DNA of 58,218 nt, filler included, from Asterionella formosa (Eukaryota), in the NCBI GenBank assembly GCA_002256025.1. It is 6 parts of 6 records of this genome, joined end to end, with 100 filler letters (N's around TTAATTAATTAA, not from the genome) between each part and the next. Parts side by side here need not be neighbours in the genome. Positions count along the whole stretch, not along the records: positions 19,459 to 29,084 come from NKIB01010394.1; positions 29,185 to 38,801 come from NKIB01010405.1; 4 more parts are not named here. One strand, 5' to 3'. The first letter of the stretch is position 1. Every line of letters begins with the position of its first letter. Position numbers and translations under genes: made by a program. The notes under the pieces were generated by a model, which did no database searches, was not told the DNA's origin, and worked only from the letters and a program-made list of their open reading frames with translations. Positions 24,501-35,999 of this stretch are shown here, piece by piece.

Positions 24501-24731
24501 TGGGCTGTTCTGAATGGAAAAGTAGATGCCCTCGCTGTCTTGCTAGAAGGTGGATGTTCGGCAGAACCTGCCATGCTTTCGAAACAACGAAGTACCGCAC
24601 GAACCAGTGCTGAATTGGAAAGTCCCCTAGAAATTTGTCAACGTCTGTATGGAGGAAGTGAACTCGGTGACCGTCTGGCGACGCTCTTGTTGAAATGGAA
24701 GGAAGTTCAAGAGAAAGATTCCAGTAATTGA
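21513..24731 (+). CDS. NRPS-like protein: adenylation domain - carrier (T/PCP) domain - ankyrin repeats
   Basis: A-domain cores FTSGSTGIPKG, SFDP, TYGVTE, GEVVLFG...SGYVNRPELT, YKTGDLG, KVNGVRIELGEVE and PVSPTGKCDR. T motif FSMLGGDSL (Ser at 23637-23639). Ankyrin repeats NPLHLACSKGH, FPIHIAA, TVLHGAARAGN and TPVHWAVLNGK. Confidence 0.92.
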   Translation: MYEIKMTVFHHWWEQTAMTWPESVEEWNNHQFDGNGNELSYESLVLLGTSMVSLLRNQMKIKRTSVLAGRDCCPIVVALPHGGPILALVILAIHVLNEPNNNCNNNQYAVLVTMDPNEGNERCKRMLQECSPAIILVMPGKDMETMHQLIQEMNSSSSSSSSISPPDLLNASELLANSMEKASTIDRVLFQQQLSSIPNTQDLSTTILQLEQQLLQVQKDENIMTLSHNNSNTTAHTISISTENRLSHICFTSGSTGIPKGCQSSIFALRNYILAKNQAHSITFQSKVLLASTISFDPCFSDILATFYIRATVMLIPRHDQNIVPSWLQGVTHVLTTPTVWNAWTTDWNLTAATTTSSSSSCCSTTTTDKDIHSLLSLQVIALGGEPIPKKLVSKWARHGGTTCSQNQHQKYPQLFATYGVTEACVYQTMGEVLLGDDNVSHVGTCMYGNHVKIVPQQGGSLDINNHGVGEVVLFGTQVDEYSGYVNRPELTKEKFILEDGQYLYKTGDLGYLKDGNLHIVGRIHGQEGMVKVNGVRIELGEVEAALMGLDYVVSDCMAVARISDNESPNKQIQAFIVLTIECLTQLKLQRDSIPETGVLCSTGPLLVLLRAQCRSLLRIMPFAFVIIPRVPVSPTGKCDRTSLPQLSECTLTLDRLIQGGSSSSIPLWDYGESGVVVAEQIIECLNLQGCQKDLVTTTANFSMLGGDSLGSTRIVRALYAYHHRVPNTRDLGGAFGTLEGPFAVSHLITSKTMQEYVDWLDSNGVCGPKGSDDSIVQERRNANNPHDTKHSVVDKTTLLKSELFDALLETITMSQFTIALELLIHAGVDPNFGAHGGRLSKIHHRIDRRKTFTSNPLHLACSKGHFKLVETLLQKGCKFNTPDASGMFPIHIAASGTASPSSSTTSEQQQHENDQSRRKCLELLLDAGAPLSMKDGSKQTVLHGAARAGNVECLLFLLAKWKQGLANGSIYNYNNDKHKGGEYDWTDHWYRTPVHWAVLNGKVDALAVLLEGGCSAEPAMLSKQRSTARTSAELESPLEICQRLYGGSELGDRLATLLLKWKEVQEKDSSN

Positions 24732-25412
24732 GGAGATTGTCAATTAGGCGAGACTATACAGATGCCTGCCATTATTCTTCGTTTGTCTTTCCACACCTCA
24801 ATACAGTTACCACATCCAAAGGTATTCAAAATATGACCATTCTTACAAACCACATAACATGCAGATTTTGTTTAAAAAAAAACAGCCTATTATATCCATC
24901 AGTCATATTTGAATATTTGGAGTAACTTTATAGAATATTGCAACATTTGAGTTCGAGTCACACTTGATCAATTCCTTGATCTGTGCAGAAAAGTTTAACC
25001 ACGACTGAATTCATGCAGTGGTCCCAAGAATGCCGGTGTATATGTATAAATATATTTTGGTATGTACAATATAGGGTATGCATTGATCACTGAGCTTCGT
25101 CCGCATTATCAATATCAGGAGCGGACGCGTGATGACCACCAATCATTAAAGGAACTGAGTTCGCCTTACTCTGTTATTTTGTATAAGAAATATATATAGG
25201 CTGTTACATTTTGACGAAAAATAAAAGCGAGCAATGTCTAAAGTATGAATATATTTTTAGTAAGTAGTGTATATATATATATGCAAGGCGCAGAAAACAT
25301 CACTTTCACATGGGCACTGATGCTCTTTAAACACATCAAAGGACCTTTGAAGAAGACGAGCCTTTTGTAACCATAATCTATCCATAAAAGTATACTACCG
25401 TAGTCTACACAC

Positions 25413-27209
25413 ATGATCTTGGTCACGAAATCATCATGGGGTTTGTTGATGCTATTCAATACGATGGCCTGCGCCTTCCTTCCGACGCCTCGAATTACCT
25501 TTCAAAGAACACATGAACGACTCCTCCTTGCGACGACAGCAGCAGAGTCCTACTCCTCCGAAGCAGCATCCGTACTTGACATCGCTACCCTTCCAAATCT
25601 GTTCCCAGAACTTGCCACATCCCTTCATTTACTTGGATTTGTCACTCCTACGCCCATTCAATCTGCTGTTTCTCAACAAGACAACAACAACAACAATTGT
25701 TTACTAATTGCACCTACTGGATCTGGAAAGACCTTGGCTTATTTGATAAAAGCGTTGACCAAGGCCATAGAGACGGATGGCACAATTTTAATGGTGGCAC
25801 CCACTCGAGAGTTGGCTGTTCAACTTGCCAAGGATGCAACTGCCTTATTATCTGGCTTTGGAAACGGTGATGCCAGTGATGCTGTCGTTTTGGCAGTACC
25901 TGGTATTCCCCTATTGGGAGAAAATATTGGTCAAGCCACACTATTGGTGGGAACTCCAGTGGAATTGATTCATGTCATTTCCAATGTCGCCGGAGGGGGA
26001 GAATTTATTGCTGGAGATACGTTGTGTGCAATTATACTAGATGAAGTTGATGTTCTCTTGCCCCTTCCACCCAAGCAGCTTCGTACCTCTCTCGATGATA
26101 CCAAAGGTGGTGGACCTAAAGTAGCCAAGAAGAAATTTGATACAGCTCAAGACGAACGTCGCAAACAAGAGCAAAAACGAAAGCTCTTGACGGCCAAACG
26201 ACAAGGTGCGGAAACAACGAATAACAACAAACAATTGATTGCCCCTACAGAAAAATTATTAAATCTGATAGCATCAAATCGATTTGTTGGAGGTGACAAT
26301 GCCGCACCCCCCTTGGTGTTGGCAGGGAGTGCCACGGCCAGTCGGCGAACGTTGGACCGATTGAATCAGGCGCTAAAGGGTGCAGCAGAACAGGGGGGAG
26401 CAGCAACATTTGAAAGAGTTTGGTCAAGTCTGGTAAAGACGGTTCGACCAGAAGAGGCCAGTACCAACCAAGATATTGACGATGACGAAGATGGAGAAGA
26501 AAAACAACAACATATGATTCGTGCTGTGTCGGTACCGCAACAAGTCAAACACAGATATGTTTCTCTTAGCAAAGAGCAAGCATCCTCATCGACCGCCGTC
26601 CTTGCTGCTGTGGCCAAAGCTGCCAGCATTTTGAAACCAGAAACGGCATTAGTTTTCATTTGCGGAGAATTTGCCAAATCAATTAGCAAAGAAAAGACTG
26701 TTGTCGTTGCTAAGCCAGCAGGTAAAACATCTCAAGCGCGACGTGACGTGTTGAGAAAGCGTGATGCCATTGTTGCCAAAGGACCCAGCAACAAGTCCAC
26801 TAGCAGCGAACCCTTGTCAGCACGACGCGCTTGTGCCATGTTGAAGGACCTTGGAATTGACGCACAGCCACTTCACGTAGCTCTTGGTCTAGAAACGGAT
26901 GCCAAGGAACAAATCAATGATGGTGGTGCCGGCTCTCGCTTTCTGGTGACGTTTGAAGGCTCGGCTCGTGGATTGCACTTGGAAGAAGTGGATGCTGTCT
27001 TTGTGGTGGGTCGGCCCGCCTCCGCAGCGTCCTATTTGCATTTGGCAGGTCGTGTTGGGCGATCATGTCCGTCCACCGGAGGGGGTGTTGAAATTCGTCC
27101 AGGAACTGTTGTGTCACTCTGCACCAAGGGAAGTGCCACCGAATTGGAGAAGTGGACCAAACAAGTGGGTGGTACAGATCTGGAGGAAATAATCTTGATT
27201 ACTAAATGA
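25413..27209 (+). CDS. DEAD-box-like RNA helicase, probably plastid-targeted
   Basis: Q motif GFVTPTPIQ, I APTGSGKT, Ia PTRELA, Ib GTP, II DEVD, III SAT, V SARGLH, VI HLAGRVGR. N-terminal signal peptide ends in ACA-FLP (ASAFAP-like). Confidence 0.88.
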   Translation: MILVTKSSWGLLMLFNTMACAFLPTPRITFQRTHERLLLATTAAESYSSEAASVLDIATLPNLFPELATSLHLLGFVTPTPIQSAVSQQDNNNNNCLLIAPTGSGKTLAYLIKALTKAIETDGTILMVAPTRELAVQLAKDATALLSGFGNGDASDAVVLAVPGIPLLGENIGQATLLVGTPVELIHVISNVAGGGEFIAGDTLCAIILDEVDVLLPLPPKQLRTSLDDTKGGGPKVAKKKFDTAQDERRKQEQKRKLLTAKRQGAETTNNNKQLIAPTEKLLNLIASNRFVGGDNAAPPLVLAGSATASRRTLDRLNQALKGAAEQGGAATFERVWSSLVKTVRPEEASTNQDIDDDEDGEEKQQHMIRAVSVPQQVKHRYVSLSKEQASSSTAVLAAVAKAASILKPETALVFICGEFAKSISKEKTVVVAKPAGKTSQARRDVLRKRDAIVAKGPSNKSTSSEPLSARRACAMLKDLGIDAQPLHVALGLETDAKEQINDGGAGSRFLVTFEGSARGLHLEEVDAVFVVGRPASAASYLHLAGRVGRSCPSTGGGVEIRPGTVVSLCTKGSATELEKWTKQVGGTDLEEIILITK

Positions 27210-27981
27210 CTACTTAAGCTTACGAAGTCTCTTTCTTTACTTTGCAATTTGCCTACTTATTGCAATAATCCTCCATCGACAAATGATCGGATGTTCATGG
27301 TTGCAAGAGATTAACAAGTCCATATTCCATGGTGTCCTTTTACTTCGTCTTTGTCTTCTTCGAATTTTTTCAAGGGAAGTATTTTGCTTGCTCGTCGGAT
27401 TGGCACTTTTTAGTCTTGACATTCTCTAGCATCGCCTTGCACCAAATCCCGCGTTCTTTCTTCCTTCTCCTTTCCAGAAGTATTAAAAGTCGTAGTTCCG
27501 CTTTGCACTGCTATCTTGTTTGAGGTCGTCAACTTTTAGTCATCTAAAGTGGAAGGGTCAATTGTTTCAGCCACTTTTGGGCTTTGGTTGTTTGTGGGGG
27601 CGCTATCATGTACACAATATAAAATACTTTCATTTCATTTTTTACACTTCTTAGAGAATTAAGAATTGGTGACGACATATCAACGATCGAAATAATTAGC
27701 TACTATCTCATAAATCAAAACCATCAACCATCCGCGACACATTGTGATTGGTCCCGTCGATTCTTATTGTCTATTACATACCGGTATTCCAGTCCCATTG
27801 ATGATGAGAACACAGGTATCATCAAACGAGCAAGAAAAAGCATGCAGAACATGATGAACGACATTGACGATATCAGTGTTCACAAATATAAATGTTCTGT
27901 TCTGGTGATACCTCATGAGGATTTCACAACAGATATACACGACAGCAGCCATCAGTACATCAATAATGATCAAATTTGACA

Positions 27982-29084
27982 ATGCTAAAGTCTCCTTCTA
28001 GACACTACCATTCCTTTCTGCTCTCGTCAAAGACTGCTGATAGTAGCGTCAAGTCAGATGTCACCAATAGGGTTCGAGATTCTTCCAGCACCATTCCTGA
28101 ATGCATCGAACTTCAAGATCATTCTGGTTTATTTTCTCTTCACTCATGGGATAACTTTGATCTAGACGAGACGGCTGGGTTCGGTCGAAGACTTACTGCT
28201 TACAAGTCGATGCGATACTTTGGCCGGGCTCTTCTACTGTGGATCTCTCTCTTGGCATTCTCACTTACACAGGCCAAAGTTGCAGACCAGCAAGTCAGTC
28301 TAGAGTCATTCTTCAACAAAACAGCATTTCTTAATGATGGGTGGGCCCGAATTCATCAAACTCTCAAAGATAGAGGGTACGTCACGGAGGAGAGTGAACG
28401 ACCCGGCTTTCGCCTTGCCAAGGAGGGAGCTCATGCGAAATATCCAATCATAATGATTCCTGGGTTCGTAACGTCGGGTTTGGAGCTTTGGGAAGGACAA
28501 GAGTGTGCCAAACATCTTTTCCGGCAACGGATTTGGGGTGCAGTGGAGACCTTTCCACCATTCTTTAATACTCAATGTTGGAAGAACCATTTATCTTTGG
28601 ATCCGTTGACGGGGATGGACCCTCAAGGTATTCGACTACGTCCAGCACAAGGATTTGAGGCTGCCGATTATTTTACTTGGTTGTACTGGGTGTGGGAGAA
28701 ATTGATTCAAAATCTTGCAGATGTTGGTTACGATGGCGACAACATGAGTTTGGAATCCTATGATTGGCGCCTTGCATATCCTGCCCTTGAGAAAAGAGAT
28801 GGATACTTTACAAAACTCAAGATGAAAGCAGAGTTTTTTCACAAAACAACTGGCAAGAAGGTTGTTTTGGCGTCGCATTCAATGGGTGGAAATGTTGTTC
28901 ATTACTTTCTTGCATGGGTTGAGGCGCCAGAAAACCAAGGAGGTGGCGGTGGAGGCAAAAGGTGGGTTGATACCCATATTCAAACGTGGGCCAACATTGC
29001 TGGACCACTTCTTGGAGTACCCAAAGCAGTGCCATCTATTCTCTCAGGCGAAATGAAAGACACCAATATTGTGCATGGGATGTT
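27982..29084 (+). CDS. PDAT: Phospholipid:diacylglycerol acyltransferase (LCAT/Lro1 family), 3'-truncated by the contig end
   Basis: TM helix followed by PIIMIPGFVTSGLELWEG, RPAQGFEAADYF, NLADVGYD, YDWRL, SHSMGG (catalytic Ser) and LLGVPKA...SGEMKDT. Start codon uncertain. Confidence 0.9.
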
Positions 29085-29184
29085 NNNNNNNNNNNNNNNN
29101 NNNNNNNNNNNNNNNNNNNNNNNNNNNNTTAATTAATTAANNNNNNNNNNNNNNNNNNNNNNNNNNNNNNNNNNNNNNNNNNNN
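29085..29184. other. Artificial contig-joining linker
   Basis: N44-TTAATTAATTAA-N44. Confidence 0.97.
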
Positions 29185-31549
29185 ATGGATGATTATGGCC
29201 ACTTGACTCAAGGATAGGACACATAAACTCTTCTTGTCGTTTCTCCCAAAATGCTGCAGTTACACTGATATTAACTTCTTTCCTTGAATGAATCGATGTA
29301 CTACCGCAATACATAGTTTCATTATGTATTCCAGGATCTCGATGTTCTTGCTTGCAATGTCGACAGTGACCATATGCATGAAAAACACGGTTTCTACAAT
29401 TTCGATTGTGAGACTCAGATGGGGATTTGTTCTTCCAAAATGTGTAGTTACACACCAGATAACACCATTGCTATGTCCGCAAAGACATTGCAAATGTCAA
29501 ATGATGACCAAGTCAGGATATGAACAGGATAGAATGAAATTGAATTAATATATAATAATAAATTTGGCATCACTCCGAACATGTTGATCTGGACAATACA
29601 GAATCATGAAATTATCACTCCACCATAGTAGTAAAAATGGAGGTATACCGCTACATATATTACAGGCGGCAAAACTGGTATAGAGCAGCGTAAATTTTTT
29701 CTTAACTTCTATGATATGGTTTTCATTGTAGAAGTCTCACTAACTATATTTTTTAGGATGTAACTAAGTATGCATTGGATTCTATTAAATCCGTTCAAAA
29801 TCAATGCCGTCATCAATGGCCCGGTGATAAATGCGGTCAGTGTAATCAATATTCTCATCAGGAACATTTGGTTGAAATGGTTCAACATATTGATGCATAA
29901 GCTCTTCACTCACATTTAGAAATGAGAAGTATGAGTGTGGTATGATATTTGTGGTAGAAGTAACAACTCCACTAGGATTCCTTTCATATTCAGATCGATT
30001 CTTTCGTGAAAGTCCAGTGTAGATTTCCTTAAAATAAATGAGTAAATCATCAGTCCATTGAGTAGTGAGACCATTTGAAACTGAACTTTCTTCCCTCACA
30101 CTTTTTTTAATAAGTGGTTTCCCACCAATGTCGACAAAATCGTTAGAATGACGAATATTGTTCTCTGAAATTTCATGGGTATCTGGATTGGAACCCAAAT
30201 ATTTTTGTTGCAATCGGAATTACAAAGAAGCAAAATGCTTCTGTACTGGCATTGATCAGCGAACCAACAAAACGTGATTGCAATTCACACTGTGCCCAAA
30301 GACTGAGTTGAAATTTGGTCACACCAGATTTGTCTCTTGTTAGAAATGGTTCTCCATGGCTTGTCCTGCCTATAAAATACACTGGAGCAAGAACATCACG
30401 CCAGACTTGGTTTCCTTGGCTTCCCTGTCAATGTCCTTTGACTGCGCAAAACGTTAAAGCGTGAACGCCCACCTAATAAAGTCATCAATATCCATAGTCT
30501 GGAAGTTATTTTCTGTTAGACCAGCTGGTGTGTCATGAATTATGTTAGCATTTTTAAATTGAAAAATATTTGATAAGAATATAATCACCAAATTAAAACA
30601 TCATGCTTTGGGAGCATCTCCCTGTAACTTACCTATGATTCCTTTAAATTGATTAGTATTCAATACATTCTGACATTCTGTCAACTTTTTTAATGCACAT
30701 GCCACCAAATGTTGATTTGATGTAATCTAAACGTGCCTTGTTGGTACGTTCAATGGTCTGATTCATCGGAAGTAGTGCATCAGAACCATTCCATATGAAA
30801 TCGACAAGCTCTGGGTCACTCTCCAATTCTTTGCCTAACTCTGGTTTCACTGTGTATAGCCGAGTTATGCAGGTCAACATTGGGCAAACCAATCCTGTTT
30901 GTGATTGGAAATGCCTTTCATACTACTTGGACCAGATAGGGCGGGATGTTTGATTCTGTTTTGGGACCAGAAAAAGACCAGAAAAAAGCACATTTGATTG
31001 ATATTCTGTTTTACAGTACCTGCAATTCACAAACTATAACATCAAACTTACATGTTCACAGCAAAACTTCTTGGTATTGGAAATAAAACTCACAACCTTT
31101 GTGCTGAAATTGAAGATTCTTGATAACCTTGTATGGACGATTTTTGAACCGAATTACGACCTTTGTAGTGATTGAGTTCATTGACCAATTGATAATATCC
31201 TTTGGCAAGTGAAAAATGTTTTTCCCTCAGTTTGTCATGTACTTGTTGGTCCGTGCAATTAGTAAATGTATGATATGGTACCATGTTGTCCATCTGCATC
31301 CGGGAGTTATTAATGGTATCATCGACAGGAGCCTTTTTTCTTGTAGTAACAACTGAAGAAGAAACTTCATCTTCGTTTTCAGTATCAATGAGGGGATCCT
31401 GTGTAGCTGATGGTGTCCCTATCGACGCTGGGGTAGTACCCCAACTAACTCCCTGTTGCCGATTGGGTTCCTTTGGATAATTGCCGATTCGCTTTTTCTT
31501 TGTTATCTCATTTTGGTACTTGCCTCTTTGTTCCATACCAGCAGCAAAG

Positions 31550-32717
31550 CCCTCAAATCCAATGCTCTTCCAGGTATTGGTGATTGTTTGAATTGAGACT
31601 CTAGCCCATGCCATCTCTACCCATTGTACAATGTGGTGCCTTTGCACCTTGGCATTATCCACATTGGCAACCATCCAGTCTTCCCAATATCCTCTCATGT
31701 ATTCCTTGAAGGGCTTATTAACTCCTACATCCAACAGTTGAAGTCTAGATGTGTAGCCTGGGAGGATGAAATCAACCTCAGTGCCGCATTTTTTAATTGC
31801 ATCAACATAACGTCCTACCTTGTGGACAGTAAAATCATCCATAAGAAGGTGAGTAGGCTCACCGCCTTTTCCCAACGCAAATGGTCGCCAAACTTTTTCG
31901 ATCCATTGTAAAAATATGTCTGTATCAATCCAAGCTTTGGGTTGACAAGCGTATTTAATACCAACAGGAAAAAGTTGTTGATTGTTGTCTAGTAAACCCA
32001 ATTGCCTGGCAATGCATCCATCCCTTGTTCCTGTAAATACAATGAATGGTGGCAACTTCAACGGTTCGAATTTCCTGTTGTTCGAGGCCCAATGGTCCTT
32101 TCGCCTCGGGTTGCCAAAGTCTTTGATCCAAACATGTCAAAATTGATGTTTGTCTCATCAATATTGAAAATGTTTCCAGCAGAAAATTCGAACGCAGCAA
32201 TTTGATTGTTGACGTAATAAACAAAATCTTGAATTGTCTCCTGATTCAGCCTTGTATTTTGGGCGACATGAGTCACACGCCTAATGACAATGTCCTTACG
32301 GGCAAGCCAGCGCTTGATCCGTTTTTCAAGTGCCTTCAGCGACAAATTTTCGTTCCCAGGTTGCCTCTTAAGCTCAACACTGAGCATCCTGGTGGTGCAG
32401 GCCCTATTTTGAAGCTGCAACTGGTCGAAACGAGTCTTCAATCCTTCGAAATCAGCAGCACTTTTTGGAGAGCGGCCCGGGTGAGCGATTTTTTTCATCA
32501 ACACCTGCCTCTGAATCACACCTTCTTCCTGCAGAGGAATCTCCGCCACCTCCGCCGGAACCACAACCATTGCACCATCCAGCATGGACTTCCAGCTCCG
32601 GATCTGCTTTGGCTGAACCAAATATGCTCTGGCGGTTGCCTTGATATTGTTGGGCTTGCTATATGCTTCCGCAACAATATATTTCTTTTGCCTGATGCAG
32701 AGATAATTTTTTCGTTG
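31550..32717 (-). mobile_element. pogo/Tigger-like (Tc1/mariner superfamily) DD35D transposase pseudogene
   Basis: N-terminal HTH-like NIKATARAYLVQPKQIRSW, then FNIDETN, KLPPFIVF, KAWID, LLMDDFTVH and YTSRLQLLDVGVNKPFK (35 aa between the 2nd and 3rd Asp). Frameshifting deletion at ~32060. Confidence 0.88.
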
Positions 32718-35700
32718 TCATGCAGATGATTCCGTAGAAAATGATTTGGTTGGCTAACCTCAATTTCTATCACAATTAGGTTTGTAGAACCTACACAATT
32801 TATTACATTGTAGAATCAGGTACAAATTGTATACACTCTAGAAATTTCTGTTGAAGTCATGACGAAATTTGGGCGCGCCAGTGCTCCAAAAACAGAAATT
32901 CAATTGATCCTAGAAGCCGATTGAACCTAAAACAATATATCTTTTAATGTTGCTATTTATGTTTTAGACTATGGAGAAAACGGTGGTGAAGTTGGTTTTT
33001 TCATAAAGTTTGACAATCAAAAAAGTTCCAATGTCTTGTACTCCCCTCTAAGTAAAATCTATATGTGAATATGATCATCTCAACAATACCAGACGTGCCA
33101 TATTATGAGTGCATTTGAATTTTATAAATGTACGACACCAAATATATATATATATATTTATAAATTTTATAACTATATACATGGCAAATATATTTGAAAT
33201 CGTTCTGTCATGTTAACAAACAATGCCTGCTTCGTGAAAAGAAATGTCGTAGTAAAGCATATGACAAGGAAAGTTTACGCAAGAAAGAAAAACATTGTGG
33301 CTTTGACACATTGCGCCTTCGAAGGATGGAGTATGTTTAAGCTAATGAAGCCATCAATGTGGTACTTGGATGACAATCGTTGGGAGGACAACAACAAAAA
33401 GTAAACTAAATGCACGTTTCCTTTCTTCTCAGTTGATTCAATAGCTCATTTTGCTTGTTAGGGAGCACCAATGTAAAACAAAACAAAATTGGCATGTGCT
33501 CTTGTTGTTGGACTTATTCACTACTGTTGGAACATAACTGACAGACACGTCTACCTTCTTTCAAAAGTTAAGCTAACAAAATTGTATCTGTAATTTTTAT
33601 TCAACAACATTGGATACCTGAAACTTACTTATTCAAGAATCTACTGACAATTTACTATTACAGACGTATGGTTCAGTTGCATTGATTTGTGGTAAGTGAA
33701 GCAAGATGATACAATGGAATTATTGCGTGGTGTTGTGTCAGTGTAACATGACTTGCTAACAAGTCATTCCTTCTCATTGTTACTGTAACTGTATAGGACA
33801 ATAAAACCAATCAAACAACGGAATACTCGGCGAGTTCAGAGTGTCACTAACAGCAGGGCGGGAGACGAGACATTAAGCACTGCATGGCACAAGATTCAGA
33901 AAAGAGGAAGAAAAGGGCAAGACAGGAACAATGTACATTGAGCCGAGTGGGGAGAGAAACATTGGGTTGCTGGGCTGTAGAAACAGAAATAGCATTGCTA
34001 AATTTGATAGTTAAATTACAATCCATTTCAATCTATTTTGAACAAAGCTTGTGATTAGAATTATGATCATTTTTAGGGTAGTAGAGATATGATGAAACAA
34101 TTCACATGATAGCATAGAGTTTAGCTGATTTAGGATGCGTTGTAGTAATAATTTACATTTGGCAATCACGAGAAGTGAAAAGAAAATGAGAAGGTTTATG
34201 ATGTTGATAAGAAATGTTGTTGATCAGTTGATATACATTGTGTGATGATACTGATCTTATTTCCATTATACTTCAAGTTTGGTAAAATATTAATAAATCA
34301 TCATAGTTACAGGATACCTTGATCATAGTTTCGATCCAAAAATTACCATATATATGAAAATTCTGTGCCAGCCACTTAGCGTACGATACCCTTGATCCTA
34401 TATGCATGATACTTTTTATTTGCAGACGATATCACCAAACGCTGTTTCACTTCATCCAGCCACTCAAATATTTGCGGGAAAATGAAAAAAGATGTCACTA
34501 CTATCATAATTACAATAGTAATAGAATATAACTTTCATTTCATAATGGTTTTTACATCTATATGGACCACACTGCAGATATTTTATGGTTCCAATCATCA
34601 AAATGAGCTTACCATCCTTTTCTTCCTTCCTATCATTGCCACTTTTATGTTTGCACAATCCATAATCAAAGGCAAGTTGCCATTGTTCTACTGCTATATC
34701 CGACTTTTTATGTATGTTGAGAATATTTTTTTCGAAGAAAAATGGATCCTCATGCATCTGCATTTTGCTTGAGATAGCCAAAAGATGAAATCCAAAAGCC
34801 CAAGAGAGTTTTTTTGAATGTAGAAGCCAATCTTTCTATATATATTGTATACATGGATTCGTAGCTTACAGCAAGCCGCACAATGCAACTAAGCCACAGT
34901 AAATTGAAGGAGTCAAAATGGCCCCATTATTGGACAGAGGGAGTAGCAGTTACCCGGGAAGTTTCGGGTAACAACAGTTCTTACCGGAAAGGAAACAAAG
35001 CAACTTGCTGGTACCAGGTGCTAGATAAGTACTACTCCGTACCTTGTACCACTGGCATTATCAGCAATGACAACCACACCATCCCTCCTCAGCATCAAGA
35101 CACTCATGCACAAACAGCATGTCAAGCATCAACATTGCTGATACATTTGCTTGCTTGTATTGGCTGCCTATGATTGCATGGCTCTCTAACCATGGAGAAT
35201 GATGTATTTGTAGACACACAATCAAATAAACCGTTTCAGCACCGTTGTAGCTACACAGTGTACAAAGAACTAAACACAGATGAAAGAGCCGCAAGATTTG
35301 ACAAGGAACTCTTGGAAATTGCTATAAAAATTATCGCTATATATATATACTGGTATACCAACGGGTGATATTATATTATCAAGATAACGACATGGGACCA
35401 CTGTTCTATTGTACTAGAATGAAGGAACCTTCAATAAGCAGTGAGGAAACAATTATGGGACGAAACCAAAAAGGAGGAAACTGATGGCAAAACAAAATAA
35501 TTTAAGATCAAAATAGCCTAGTCTATTACTGGTAGCTGAGTTAGCTCAGGACATGTATGACTTATGGTTCAAAATAGAACATAAACAGGTTACACTTGAA
35601 TGGAATCAATGTCCAGATTACATTATGCAATGTCGACAAAGAAACAGAATTTCTACTGTTGGAGTTCATTGTGTTGTCCATGATAGATATTTCCAATAGA

Positions 35701-35999
35701 GAAAACCGATACAGCTACTTAACACGAAGACCAAGCATTCATATCTTGTAGTACCAACTCCAAGATCCCTTGAACCTCAAATCGCACTCGTTAGTCTCCA
35801 TAAAAATCCTCTGCATAATATGACCTTTCCGGAGCAGCTACCCTGGTGTTGTGGCACAAAAAAACAGAGGCCTTGTTGTGTTACAAATCAACCATCCATG
35901 CCAAGCATATCTTAATTTGCTAGATCATCAAAACCAATACAAAATTAACAACCTAGAAATGAGGTTTTCCAATGATCTGATTACGAGAATTGATATAAT

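Noticed and set aside
27767..27979. 70-aa ORF just upstream of PDAT
   Set aside because: No ATG start or recognisable motif. It could be a PDAT 5' exon or UTR, but I could not define splice sites.
21513..29084. A-T-ANK + helicase + PDAT as a biosynthetic gene cluster
   Set aside because: The neighbours are an RNA helicase and a lipid housekeeping enzyme; no PPTase, tailoring enzyme or transporter is present.
32960..32985. Possible pogo TIR (revcomp CCGTTTTCTCCATAGTCTAA)
   Set aside because: No matching partner repeat or TA TSD found at the other end.
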